Shown here: piece after piece, positions 1 through 7,391 of the stretch
Layout: every line of letters begins with the position of its first letter
How positions within the stretch are numbered: the first letter of the stretch is position 1
Source: Candidatus Bathyarchaeia archaeon
Lineage (GTDB): Archaea > Thermoproteota > Bathyarchaeia > Bathyarchaeales > Bathycorpusculaceae
Direction: 5' to 3'
Assembly (NCBI GenBank): GCA_038883775.1
Contig: JAVZLM010000009.1
Location: 1-64,000 of the forward strand
DNA: 64,000 nucleotides
The notes under the pieces: generated by a model
What the model was told of the DNA's origin: nothing
The model's database searches: none
The model's input: the letters and a program-made list of their open reading frames with translations, nothing else
Program-made: the position numbers and the translations under genes

Positions 1-1
1 G

Positions 2-373
2 CACATAGAAGCCTACTTCCGTGAAGTAGCTTGGATAAACATTGTGCAGTTCAATCAATAGCGTGTCCTTATCTCCATCATTATCGGAGTCAACTAAGGT
101 TAAGTTTTGCCAGCCGATGTTTTTTCCATCAGGGTCTGGCCAGTAATAGTCATCTCCGACAAGAGGAAAGCCCTCTAAGCAGTGATAGTCTACCCCTACG
201 TCAATGCACCTTGGTGATGCAAATTCCCAATCTAGTTCGCCAGTGTTTACTGTGCCGTTTAGCCATAGTGTTTCGCTCCAGTGGGCGTATGTGAAGCCTA
301 CAATTGCCAAAGCTATTAAGGCTATGGTGGCAATTGCGGGCACTGCTGTTTTAGATTTCTTTAAGAGCGTCAT
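2..373 (-). CDS. SipW-type signal peptide secreted protein, TasA/AbpA-like (runs off left edge; missing from ORF track)
   Basis: Manual translation from ATG at 373 (SD-like AGGTGA upstream): MTLLKKSKTAVPAIATIALIALAIVGFTYAHWSETLWLNGTVNTGELDWEF...DSDNDGDKDTLLIELHNVYPSY. Clearly paralogous to 392..1024. Confidence 0.85.
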   Translation of the reverse strand, partial: MTLLKKSKTAVPAIATIALIALAIVGFTYAHWSETLWLNGTVNTGELDWEFASPRCIDVGVDYHCLEGFPLVGDDYYWPDPDGKNIGWQNLTLVDSDNDGDKDTLLIELHNVYPSYFTEVGFYV

Positions 374-391
374 TGGTTATCACCTGTCCGT

Positions 392-1024
392 TTAGAGTTC
401 GTTCCAGTTCCAGAACTCTATCCATGCGCTAATTGTTGCAGTTGCATTTTCTGGTAAGTTTTCTGTGAAGTGTATTTCGAATTCGCAGACAAGCGACCAG
501 CATGGGTCAATCTGGTTCACTTCCTGAATCCAAACTTCAATGTCCATTGTTATTGGATAAATTGTGCCGTTTGGCGCTTTTAAGTAGAAGTCCACATTCA
601 CGAGTTCAACAGCGCCTGCAATGCCGTTAGGGTCAGTTATATTCCAATCGTAATCCGCGATGCCTACTGGTATTGTTCCACAGTTGTGAACGTCAATCAT
701 TCCTTCAACCGTCAAACTTGGATAAGCATTCCTAAGAGTTACATCCAACGTGTCATTGCAACCATCTTGATCTTGATCGCGCATTGAATACGTGAGCACG
801 GCAACTGGGTCATCCTTCTCTCCATCGCCATCCAAGTCCTTAAGATTTGAAGGTGGCAAAGTCGCATTGAATGACCATTCAACGCACACTCTACCAGTAC
901 TAACAGTTCCGTTTAGGTAAAGGAATTCACTCCAGTGGGCATAGGCGAATCCCGCAACGCCTAAAACTATCATTAATATTGCAAATGTTGCCATAATCTT
1001 TTTAGTATCCATTTCTTTCATCAC
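392..1024 (-). CDS. SipW-type signal peptide secreted protein, TasA/AbpA-like
   Basis: Hydrophobic N-terminus, then YA-HWSE.L.LNGTVSTG typical of SipW-cognate signals. DxDxDG repeats, NAYPS, HNCGTIPV. Confidence 0.75.
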   Translation of the reverse strand: MMKEMDTKKIMATFAILMIVLGVAGFAYAHWSEFLYLNGTVSTGRVCVEWSFNATLPPSNLKDLDGDGEKDDPVAVLTYSMRDQDQDGCNDTLDVTLRNAYPSLTVEGMIDVHNCGTIPVGIADYDWNITDPNGIAGAVELVNVDFYLKAPNGTIYPITMDIEVWIQEVNQIDPCWSLVCEFEIHFTENLPENATATISAWIEFWNWNEL

Positions 1025-1053
1025 TCTCCTTTTCTCCTCTTTTGGGTATATTT

Positions 1054-1129
1054 AACGTGCCCCACCCTCGGCACGGGTTAGACCGGCCTAACCATTACAG
1101 TGCAACTAGCCGGCTAAACTGCCTAACCA
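1054..1129 (-). promoter_or_regulatory. Putative structured 5' leader of the TasA-like operon
   Basis: GC-rich inverted repeats between a minus-strand TATA-like TTTATATG (1153-1160) and the start codon at 1024. Confidence 0.4.
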
Positions 1130-1224
1130 CACAATATGTCTATCAACAACCACATATAAACACCCATGGAACAATAATCTAGACCAAAAAACCATAACAA
1201 AAAACCACACAAAAACATTAAAAC

Positions 1225-1650
1225 TTAAGGAGCAACCATCAAATTGAGACCCTTAATCTTCTTCAAATGAACAACATTCCTCGTAACCATAGCACAACCC
1301 CCAACCATTGCAATTGCGCCAACCATAACATCCCTCAAACCAACTGGTTGACCCGCCCCCTCCAACTCAGCATAAATTTGCCCAGCTTTCTCAGCAGACT
1401 TCAAACCCAATTTGAGAACAATCAATCTTCCCAACAATTTTCTTGCAGCAGCCAAATTCTGCAACTTCTTCTTCGACTTACAAGCCCCATAAAACAGTTC
1501 AAAAGCATTAATACTAGTCGTCGAAAGCGTTAACCCCCTCTTCTCCAAATCAGCAATAAAAGCAACAACCTTCTCTTTACCCCTCAGCAAATCCACCATT
1601 ATGTCAGTGTCAATTATGACTTGATTTCTAACGGTATCCATTTTTTCCAA
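1225..1650 (-). CDS. vapC: VapC PIN-domain toxin
   Basis: IIDTD N-terminal motif, FELFYG, D(VMVGAIA), VTRN; 141 aa; overlaps the upstream antitoxin. Confidence 0.9.
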   Translation of the reverse strand: MEKMDTVRNQVIIDTDIMVDLLRGKEKVVAFIADLEKRGLTLSTTSINAFELFYGACKSKKKLQNLAAARKLLGRLIVLKLGLKSAEKAGQIYAELEGAGQPVGLRDVMVGAIAMVGGCAMVTRNVVHLKKIKGLNLMVAP

Positions 1651-1880
1651 GCCTCTGCAAGAGAAGCCTTAATCTTAACCCACTCCTCATCAGACATATC
1701 CCACGAACCAGCCAAATCAGATATCACAACCCCCCTCTTCCTCCTTTCCAAACTAAGCAAATACCGCATAGCTTCATCAAGCGAAACTGGACGCTTCAAC
1801 CTCACCTGAAGCTCACCAGCAACCTCACAAAGCCTCTCATAAATATCCTTACCAACCTTAACAGTCTTAACCTCAGTCAC
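1614..1880 (-). CDS. vapB: VapB-type antitoxin
   Basis: Real start probably GTG at 1880 (VTEVKTVKVGKDIYERL...DLAGSWDMSDEE), RHH-like. The longer ORF runs antisense through the tRNA. Confidence 0.8.
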   Translation of the reverse strand: MTEVKTVKVGKDIYERLCEVAGELQVRLKRPVSLDEAMRYLLSLERRKRGVVISDLAGSWDMSDEEWVKIKASLAEAWKKWIPLEIKS

Positions 1881-1979
1881 AAAATCCACCAAGTAGAAAA
1901 AGTGCCAAACACAAGCATTTAAACCTTCCCACAACAAAAAACACAAAAGCAACCCAAAACAAAAATAAACCCAAACAGG

Positions 1980-2068
1980 GCGGGGTTGCCCTAGCCTGGT
2001 AGGGGGCAGGCCTGCTAAGCCTGTGGTCAGTAATGGCCGCGCGGGTTCAAATCCCGCACCCCGCGCCA
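1980..2068 (+). tRNA. tRNA-Ser(GCT), CCA encoded, no intron
   Basis: Acceptor GCGGGGT/ACCCCGC, anticodon arm CAGGC-CTGCTAA-GCCTG, long variable arm, T arm GCGGG-TTCAAAT-CCCGC, discriminator G plus CCA. Confidence 0.96.
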
Positions 2069-2243
2069 AACTAAAAAGGTTACTTTTTCAGTTCTTCAAT
2101 TAATTTAACTAATTCGCCTATAATGTAATCGTTTATGAATTTTCCCTTTTCAACAGAAGCTGCTGCAGGTCTCCTCGAATTCCATTGGGTAAAAATTCTT
2201 TTGGATTTGCGGTTATTTCAAATCTCGGAAGTTTTTGCAAGTT
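2046..2243 (+). repeat. Direct repeat copy 1 (attL-like), 198 bp
   Basis: Matches 6516..6714 except for a 1-nt deletion (GCAGGT vs GCAGGGT); starts at the tRNA T-loop. Confidence 0.95.
2080..2243 (-). pseudogene. Duplicated 3' fragment of the creatininase-family gene
   Basis: Copy of 6550..6714 with a frameshifting 1-nt deletion and no 5' part. Confidence 0.85.
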
Positions 2244-2373
2244 CTTCCAAAAGGCTCATTACGTTCCACAATTTGACTCGTGTATAAGGCGCATGTTCGG
2301 ATCCTGCAAAATCTCAAGCGAAATTAAACGTACATGTGCCTTGTGCCTTTAGAGGAAGCATGAAAAAGGTTTT

Positions 2374-2781
2374 TCATGGCAATTTGCTGGACAAACTTGA
2401 TAATGTGCCAGATAAGAGTAGCGTTCCACCTACAAAACTGAGGTAGGCGCCGTAAAGAACTTTATATACGTAGTATGGTCTATACGGGGCCAGTGCTCCT
2501 GGATATACAATCCAAATTAACGGAGAAATTGTTACTACTATTTCACTAATAACAGCAAAAGTGAGTAAGTGCTTTTGATTCTTTATCTTATAGAATATAT
2601 GAAATAATCCAGTAACACATACTCCCACAAACATAACTTGACCTAATAGGAGTTGGATTCCGAGCATAAAATGGGAGTCCGTCATTATAGGCATTAAATT
2701 CCGTTCTCCCCATGGGAGGAACGCTCCCAGCATACACAAAATGAATCCAACAATATTGACGAAGGTTATTTTTTTAAACAT
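2374..2781 (-). CDS. Hypothetical 4-TM membrane protein
   Basis: Four hydrophobic segments; FLPW and YGAYL motifs. Confidence 0.75.
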   Translation of the reverse strand: MFKKITFVNIVGFILCMLGAFLPWGERNLMPIMTDSHFMLGIQLLLGQVMFVGVCVTGLFHIFYKIKNQKHLLTFAVISEIVVTISPLIWIVYPGALAPYRPYYVYKVLYGAYLSFVGGTLLLSGTLSSLSSKLP

Positions 2782-2888
2782 CAGTACACCTTAACGGTGA
2801 ATTGTTTAAGAAGTATATATAAAAAAATTGCCATTAGAACACCGATATATATACGAAAAATTTCTAAAACTTAAAATGAGGATATAGA

Positions 2889-3958
2889 ATGAAGAATAAA
2901 ATGTTTTCATTGCCTTTAACGGGGTTTCTGGCTGCATTAATATTCAGTTGCAACATCGCTTATGCTGTTCCCAGCATTGATGCGAAGGCTATGACGTTAA
3001 AATTCTTAGAAGACGTCGTTGGAGTTAATACGGTGAACTGGCAGGTAGTCTCTTTCAATACTTCTACTGCAAGAATGCCAAATTCACCACATTATCAAAC
3101 CAACATCAAAGTTGTGATCGCTAATACTACCAATCAGTTTGAGGTTTTAATAACAGTAGTGGACACAGAATATGGGCGTATAGCTTAGAAGGAGAATTTA
3201 GAAATAGCAATTTGACACTTTGGGACTACCTAAAAGTAGCAAATAAAAGCCTTACATCATACCAAAAGTTTGTTGGTACATTAGATTACAACAGACTTAT
3301 TGGAATGCTTTCAACAGCCATAGAAACAAAAAATCAACGCATTGAAGATGAAGAATTTGCCTTAAATATCTCGTATACAGAGAACTGTTCTACATTATAC
3401 GATTATATGGAGAATACCGTCATCAGTTTCGCCCGCAAAGTAAATGGTTACAGATTACCCGGCGACTACTTTATGATGAGCTTTTCTAAAAACGGATGGT
3501 TAACCCGTATTGTTGATAATACGATTTTTTATGTCGCCACCACTGTTGTCAACGTTTCAATGGAACAAGCGATAAGCCAAGCATTGCCATACGCCGAAGC
3601 ATATGCTCATTCACATGGACAAAAAGTAAAAGACATTAACGCTGTATTTGAGTTTGTAAGGGATTTAGGTTGTGTTCGCGGGGATAACTTCGCAATATAT
3701 CCTCAATGGAAGGTATGGATTACATTTGACAAAGTAAATGAGGAAAACGTCTTCGGATATGCTGTGATGATTTGGGCGGATAACGGAGAAGTCTACCATC
3801 ACGGTCCAGAGGGATTTTACAGTCCTTCATCTGAAAGAAACGTTGATTCATATTTGTTATGGCAACTCATGGTAGCTGCGGCAGCTATGATTATACTATT
3901 TCCAACCCTAATCACATGGATCAAATACAGGGTCAGAGCACGGAGAAAGAATAAATGA
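2889..3958 (+). pseudogene. Secreted, C-terminally membrane-anchored protein with PepSY-like region, split by a frameshift (ORFs 2889..3188 and 3212..3958)
   Basis: Signal peptide in the first ORF. The second frame is open from 3143 (RIWAYSLEGEFRNSNLTLW...), implying a 1-nt deletion near 3165. VSMEQAISQA...YAVMIWADNGEV is PepSY-like; C-terminal TM plus basic tail. Confidence 0.7.
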
Positions 3959-5253
3959 ATGCACATCTAAAAGACTTTATAATATCGCTCATTATTGGTT
4001 TCCTCTACCTATCACTCCTAGTGCCCGCATCGTTTGCAAAAACTTCCATAGTATTAGGTTCAAGGTGGGAGGTACCCGACTATGAAGTGAATGCAGATAC
4101 GAGCATAGCAAATATGATAACAAGTTATTCATCCATAGCTGGGTATAGCGCCTACAACTGGTATGGGGCTCAAACAAATGCGACTACCATAAACTGGGCA
4201 GCTTACGGCTACGGCCACGTATATTCAATATCGTTTTACATAGGTCACGGATGGCTTCAAAACTGGACGCATTATTGGGGTTGGCCTTGGCAGTGGCACG
4301 GACATTCTCAATACGTTATAACAGCAGATGATGGTTCTATGGTTTTCGATTGTGATATTTATGCGTATTCGTATTGCGAGAATGTAAAGTTCACGTTTCT
4401 ATGGTCATGCCACTCGGGTGATGTAATCGGAAGCATGATTGAATATCCCTGCGGAGAAGTGAAGGCCCGTGGAATGCCCCTTGCGTGGCTGCATACTAAC
4501 TCGCTGAGCGGCGACGGGTACGTAAGCCCGGATAACACAGGTCGTGCTTTTATTGGATTTCATGGGGTTGGTCCATTCCTTACTTACGACGGTTTAGGAG
4601 TAACCGATGCAGGTTACTATTTCCTTCAATATTTCTACTACGCCGCAATTTATAGAGGATACTATTATTCTATTAAAGGTGCCCTTGATTATGCTGCTCA
4701 ACACGTTTGGGGTACAAACTTCGGAAATTGTATTCTACATACCGGTTACACAATTGGAGGTGATAGCGGAAAGCTGGTGGTTTATGGGGACGGAAACATT
4801 CATATAAGTGATTATGCCGGTGGCGGTGGCGGGGTAGGGTGTCCCCTTCTTTATGTTTTCAGTTGCGACGAGTACTTTTACGAGGGCTTGCTTAACATAC
4901 ATAATCCCGATGGTGTTGATGTCATCCAAGACCATACTTTGATAGCAATTTCTGAACCTGTTAACAACGCATACCTGCTCCGCTTAGTGGAACATCCACT
5001 AACACATTCATATATAGACCAAGTTAAGCTATTCGCGATACTGGAAGATGGAAAAGTAGTTAAATTGCCACTTATCTCAGCCACGCATAATAGATATGGC
5101 AACGTACTACTGAAACTATTATTCAGCGACGACGTAAAAACGGACACAAATGCGAACGAGGCAATAAATCTAAAATTCCGTGCCTTGCCACCAGTTTATA
5201 AAGTTATAAGCTTCCTCTTTGAGATAGAAGGAAACAACCAAGCTAGAAAATAG
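3955..5253 (+). CDS. Secreted protein, putative caspase/gingipain-fold domain plus Gly linker plus GCP C-terminal domain
   Basis: Signal peptide; YIGHG (H98) and FLWSCHSG (C152); GGGGGVGCP at ~aa 289-297; ATGA-type overlap with the upstream gene. Confidence 0.7.
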   Translation: MNAHLKDFIISLIIGFLYLSLLVPASFAKTSIVLGSRWEVPDYEVNADTSIANMITSYSSIAGYSAYNWYGAQTNATTINWAAYGYGHVYSISFYIGHGWLQNWTHYWGWPWQWHGHSQYVITADDGSMVFDCDIYAYSYCENVKFTFLWSCHSGDVIGSMIEYPCGEVKARGMPLAWLHTNSLSGDGYVSPDNTGRAFIGFHGVGPFLTYDGLGVTDAGYYFLQYFYYAAIYRGYYYSIKGALDYAAQHVWGTNFGNCILHTGYTIGGDSGKLVVYGDGNIHISDYAGGGGGVGCPLLYVFSCDEYFYEGLLNIHNPDGVDVIQDHTLIAISEPVNNAYLLRLVEHPLTHSYIDQVKLFAILEDGKVVKLPLISATHNRYGNVLLKLLFSDDVKTDTNANEAINLKFRALPPVYKVISFLFEIEGNNQARK

Positions 5254-5471
5254 TAAAAAGGTAAAGAGAAACTGCTCAATATCACTCTTTTTTCAGAAGA
5301 ATGTTGATTCTATTTATATAAATAGAAAATATGGTTTTGGGCTCCCTCCACCAGTATAGTGTATTAGGAATTATATGCTTATACTCTCTCTGTTTCGCCG
5401 TTTTTGCTTTTTATTTCCCCTAACCTATTTAGAAAATTCCGCTCCCTCATGTTTTCAGTCATTGAAGATTA

Positions 5472-5499
5472 TGTTCTGTTAATGTTTGTTAACAGAAGC
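5472..5499. other. dif-like tyrosine-recombinase site candidate
   Basis: TGTTCTGTTAA-TGTTTG-TTAACAGAAGC: 11-6-11 layout with perfect 9-bp inverted arms and inner TAA/TTA. Confidence 0.45.
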
Positions 5500-5725
5500 C
5501 CACGGAAACGTTATATATTTAGAAAAATTTCAAAAAGCCAGAAAAATCCCACTATGGAAGCTTTTCCAGCACACGATTTCTAAGTCGAACCCCACTAGTG
5601 GACTGCGGACCGTTTTGCCTTGTCAGAAAACCCTCCGTAACTGCTGGAAAACTTGACCAGCTTTAGCAAGCTCCTTGAGGCTCTTTTGGCTTGACGCGGG
5701 GAGCGGGATGAGTTAAAGTGAAAGC

Positions 5726-5755
5726 CTTATAAGGTTGTATTACAACGTGTAATAC
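5726..5755 (+). promoter_or_regulatory. vapBC promoter and autoregulatory operator
   Basis: TTATAA box (5728-5733) after purine-rich GAAAG, followed by inverted repeat GTATTACA-ACG-TGTAATAC (5737-5755) just before the antitoxin ATG. Confidence 0.6.
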
Positions 5756-5764
5756 GGTGCTGGG

Positions 5765-5989
5765 ATGAGCGTTATAACCATTAGGGTTGCGAGGGAAATT
5801 AAGGAAAAGTTGGAAAAATACAACGTTAACGTAAGCGAGACCGTGAGAAAATTACTTGATAAATATCTCGTAGAGTTGGAATTGAGAGATCTCGGGGAAA
5901 GACTTGAGTTGCTAAAAGAGCGCTTAAGCAACAAAATTGATCCAAAATTGGTAGCTAAGCTTGTGCGACAGGACAGGGAAACCCATTGA
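5765..5989 (+). CDS. vapB: VapB/CcdA-like RHH antitoxin
   Basis: MSVITIRV..EIKEKL..YNVNVSETVRKLL; ends IR.DR-like; overlaps the toxin start. Confidence 0.85.
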   Translation: MSVITIRVAREIKEKLEKYNVNVSETVRKLLDKYLVELELRDLGERLELLKERLSNKIDPKLVAKLVRQDRETH

Positions 5990-6423
5990 AGTATCTTCTT
6001 GACGCCTCGGCGCTCCTTCCTCTTGTCACAAAATGCGGCAGAAGGCTAATAGTTGAGGCCTCCCGTGAAGAATTATTTACGACAGACCTCGCCATATATG
6101 AAGCTTGCAACAGCCTTTGGAAGCTTTCAAAATTGTTGAAGACCATATCCATAGAAGATGCCGTAAACACTGCTACCATAATCAAAGACTTAACCACAAA
6201 AAGCGTGATTAAACCAATAAATTTCACCAAACTAAATTTTTCCCACACAATTCAGATAGCCCACAAAGAAGGACTAACATTTTACGACGCCTCATACATC
6301 ACAACCGCCAAAAACACAGAAGCCATCCTAGTAACAGAAGACGAAAAACTGCAAAAAGCAGCAAACAAATTCATAAAAGCAATAACTTACACCAACCTAG
6401 AAAGCAAACTAACCCAAAAATAA
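5986..6423 (+). CDS. vapC: VapC PIN-domain toxin
   Basis: YLLDASAL, YEACNSLWK, LTFYDASY, LVTEDEKL. Confidence 0.92.
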   Translation: MKYLLDASALLPLVTKCGRRLIVEASREELFTTDLAIYEACNSLWKLSKLLKTISIEDAVNTATIIKDLTTKSVIKPINFTKLNFSHTIQIAHKEGLTFYDASYITTAKNTEAILVTEDEKLQKAANKFIKAITYTNLESKLTQK

Positions 6424-6515
6424 CTATTAAAAACGCCAACACAACTTAAACAACACAACCACCAGAATCGAGCAGAAAAGTTGAAATTAATAATAACACG
6501 CTAATTTTTAGCGTA

Positions 6516-6714
6516 TTCAAATCCCGCACCCCGCGCCAAACTAAAAAGGTTACTTTTTCAGTTCTTCAATTAATTTAACTAATTCGCCTATAATGTAATC
6601 GTTTATGAATTTTCCCTTTTCAACAGAAGCTGCTGCAGGGTCTCCTCGAATTCCATTGGGTAAAAATTCTTTTGGATTTGCGGTTATTTCAAATCTCGGA
6701 AGTTTTTGCAAGTT
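6516..6714 (+). repeat. Direct repeat copy 2 (attR-like), 199 bp
   Basis: tRNA 3' 23 nt (TTCAAATCCCGCACCCCGCGCCA) plus the native 3' end of creatininase; preceded by hairpin ACGCTAA-TTT-TTAGCGT (6498-6514). Confidence 0.95.
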
Positions 6715-7293
6715 TTTTCGTTCCTTTCCTCTTATTAATTCGGGTTTTATCGCCATCACTCTGGAAGTTTCAATAGTACCGCCATGGCCATCCATTTCAT
6801 CAAAATATTTTCCACGAAGCTCATACGCAAAATCATAATCAGAACACACCATTATCCGCAATTTTCGCTTTTCAACTTCTTCCCCATACTTCCACATAAC
6901 GTAATACGCAGCAAGCCTCAATGCAGCCATCTGCTCCTCATCTGCATGACCACTAAGAATCAAAAAACGTTTAAAACCATTGCGAACAAACTCCTCAACA
7001 ACTTCTTTTGTAATCCTATACAATGATTGAAAACTTATCGAAATTGTCCCTGGAAAAACACGTGTAACAGTGCAGACCCCATAATTTAACGGCGGCGCAA
7101 CCAAACTACCCGTCTTTTTAGCCACTTCAACCGCCACATATTCAGGCTGTAAACTATCTGTACAAAGGGGCAAATGAGAACCATGTTCTTCGACGCTTCC
7201 AACAGGAAGAATTATCACCTTGTTTGCTTTCACAGCTTCTTCCACTTCTTTCATCGTCAATTCAGCAAACCAAACTTTACTTTCCAAACTCAC
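6550..7293 (-). CDS. Creatininase/creatinine amidohydrolase family protein
   Basis: PVGSVEEHGSHLPLCTD, FPGTIS, GH, DGHGGTIETS, G.RGDP. Confidence 0.92.
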   Translation of the reverse strand: MSLESKVWFAELTMKEVEEAVKANKVIILPVGSVEEHGSHLPLCTDSLQPEYVAVEVAKKTGSLVAPPLNYGVCTVTRVFPGTISISFQSLYRITKEVVEEFVRNGFKRFLILSGHADEEQMAALRLAAYYVMWKYGEEVEKRKLRIMVCSDYDFAYELRGKYFDEMDGHGGTIETSRVMAIKPELIRGKERKNLQKLPRFEITANPKEFLPNGIRGDPAAASVEKGKFINDYIIGELVKLIEELKK

Positions 7294-7391
7294 AATACCA
7301 CTTCTCCTTACTTACTCCAGACAAGAATAAAATTTTTCTCTAAACCATATATATAAGTATATGAAAAACATTCAACTCGCGCTCAAGTTCT

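Larger units (their letters stand above)
2046..6714. mobile_element. tRNA-Ser-integrated genomic island (~4.47 kb), no integrase
   Basis: Bounded by direct repeats starting in the tRNA T-loop; carries secreted-protein cargo and a VapBC. Confidence 0.8.

Noticed and set aside
31-395. Plus-strand ORFs 31..294 and 204..395
   Set aside because: Shadows of the real minus-strand gene 2..373.
1070-1125. Resemblance of plus-strand GGCCTAA...AGCCGG..TGCC to the c-di-GMP-I riboswitch P2 arm
   Set aside because: Wrong strand for the downstream gene, and the GCAAA/GAAA elements are missing; kept only as a generic structured leader.
1881-2069. N-terminal extension of ORF 1614..2069 (MARGAGFEPARP...)
   Set aside because: It is the antisense reading of tRNA-Ser and its upstream region; the antitoxin most likely starts at 1880.
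2244-2373. Possible integrase remnant (plus-strand KRLITFHNLTR resembles the HxLR box)
   Set aside because: Too short, followed by a stop, and no other integrase motifs nearby.
4840-5253. Intein/Hint domain at the GCP...GNN C-terminus
   Set aside because: It starts with Cys but lacks recognisable Hint block A and block B (TxxH) patterns; retained only as speculation.
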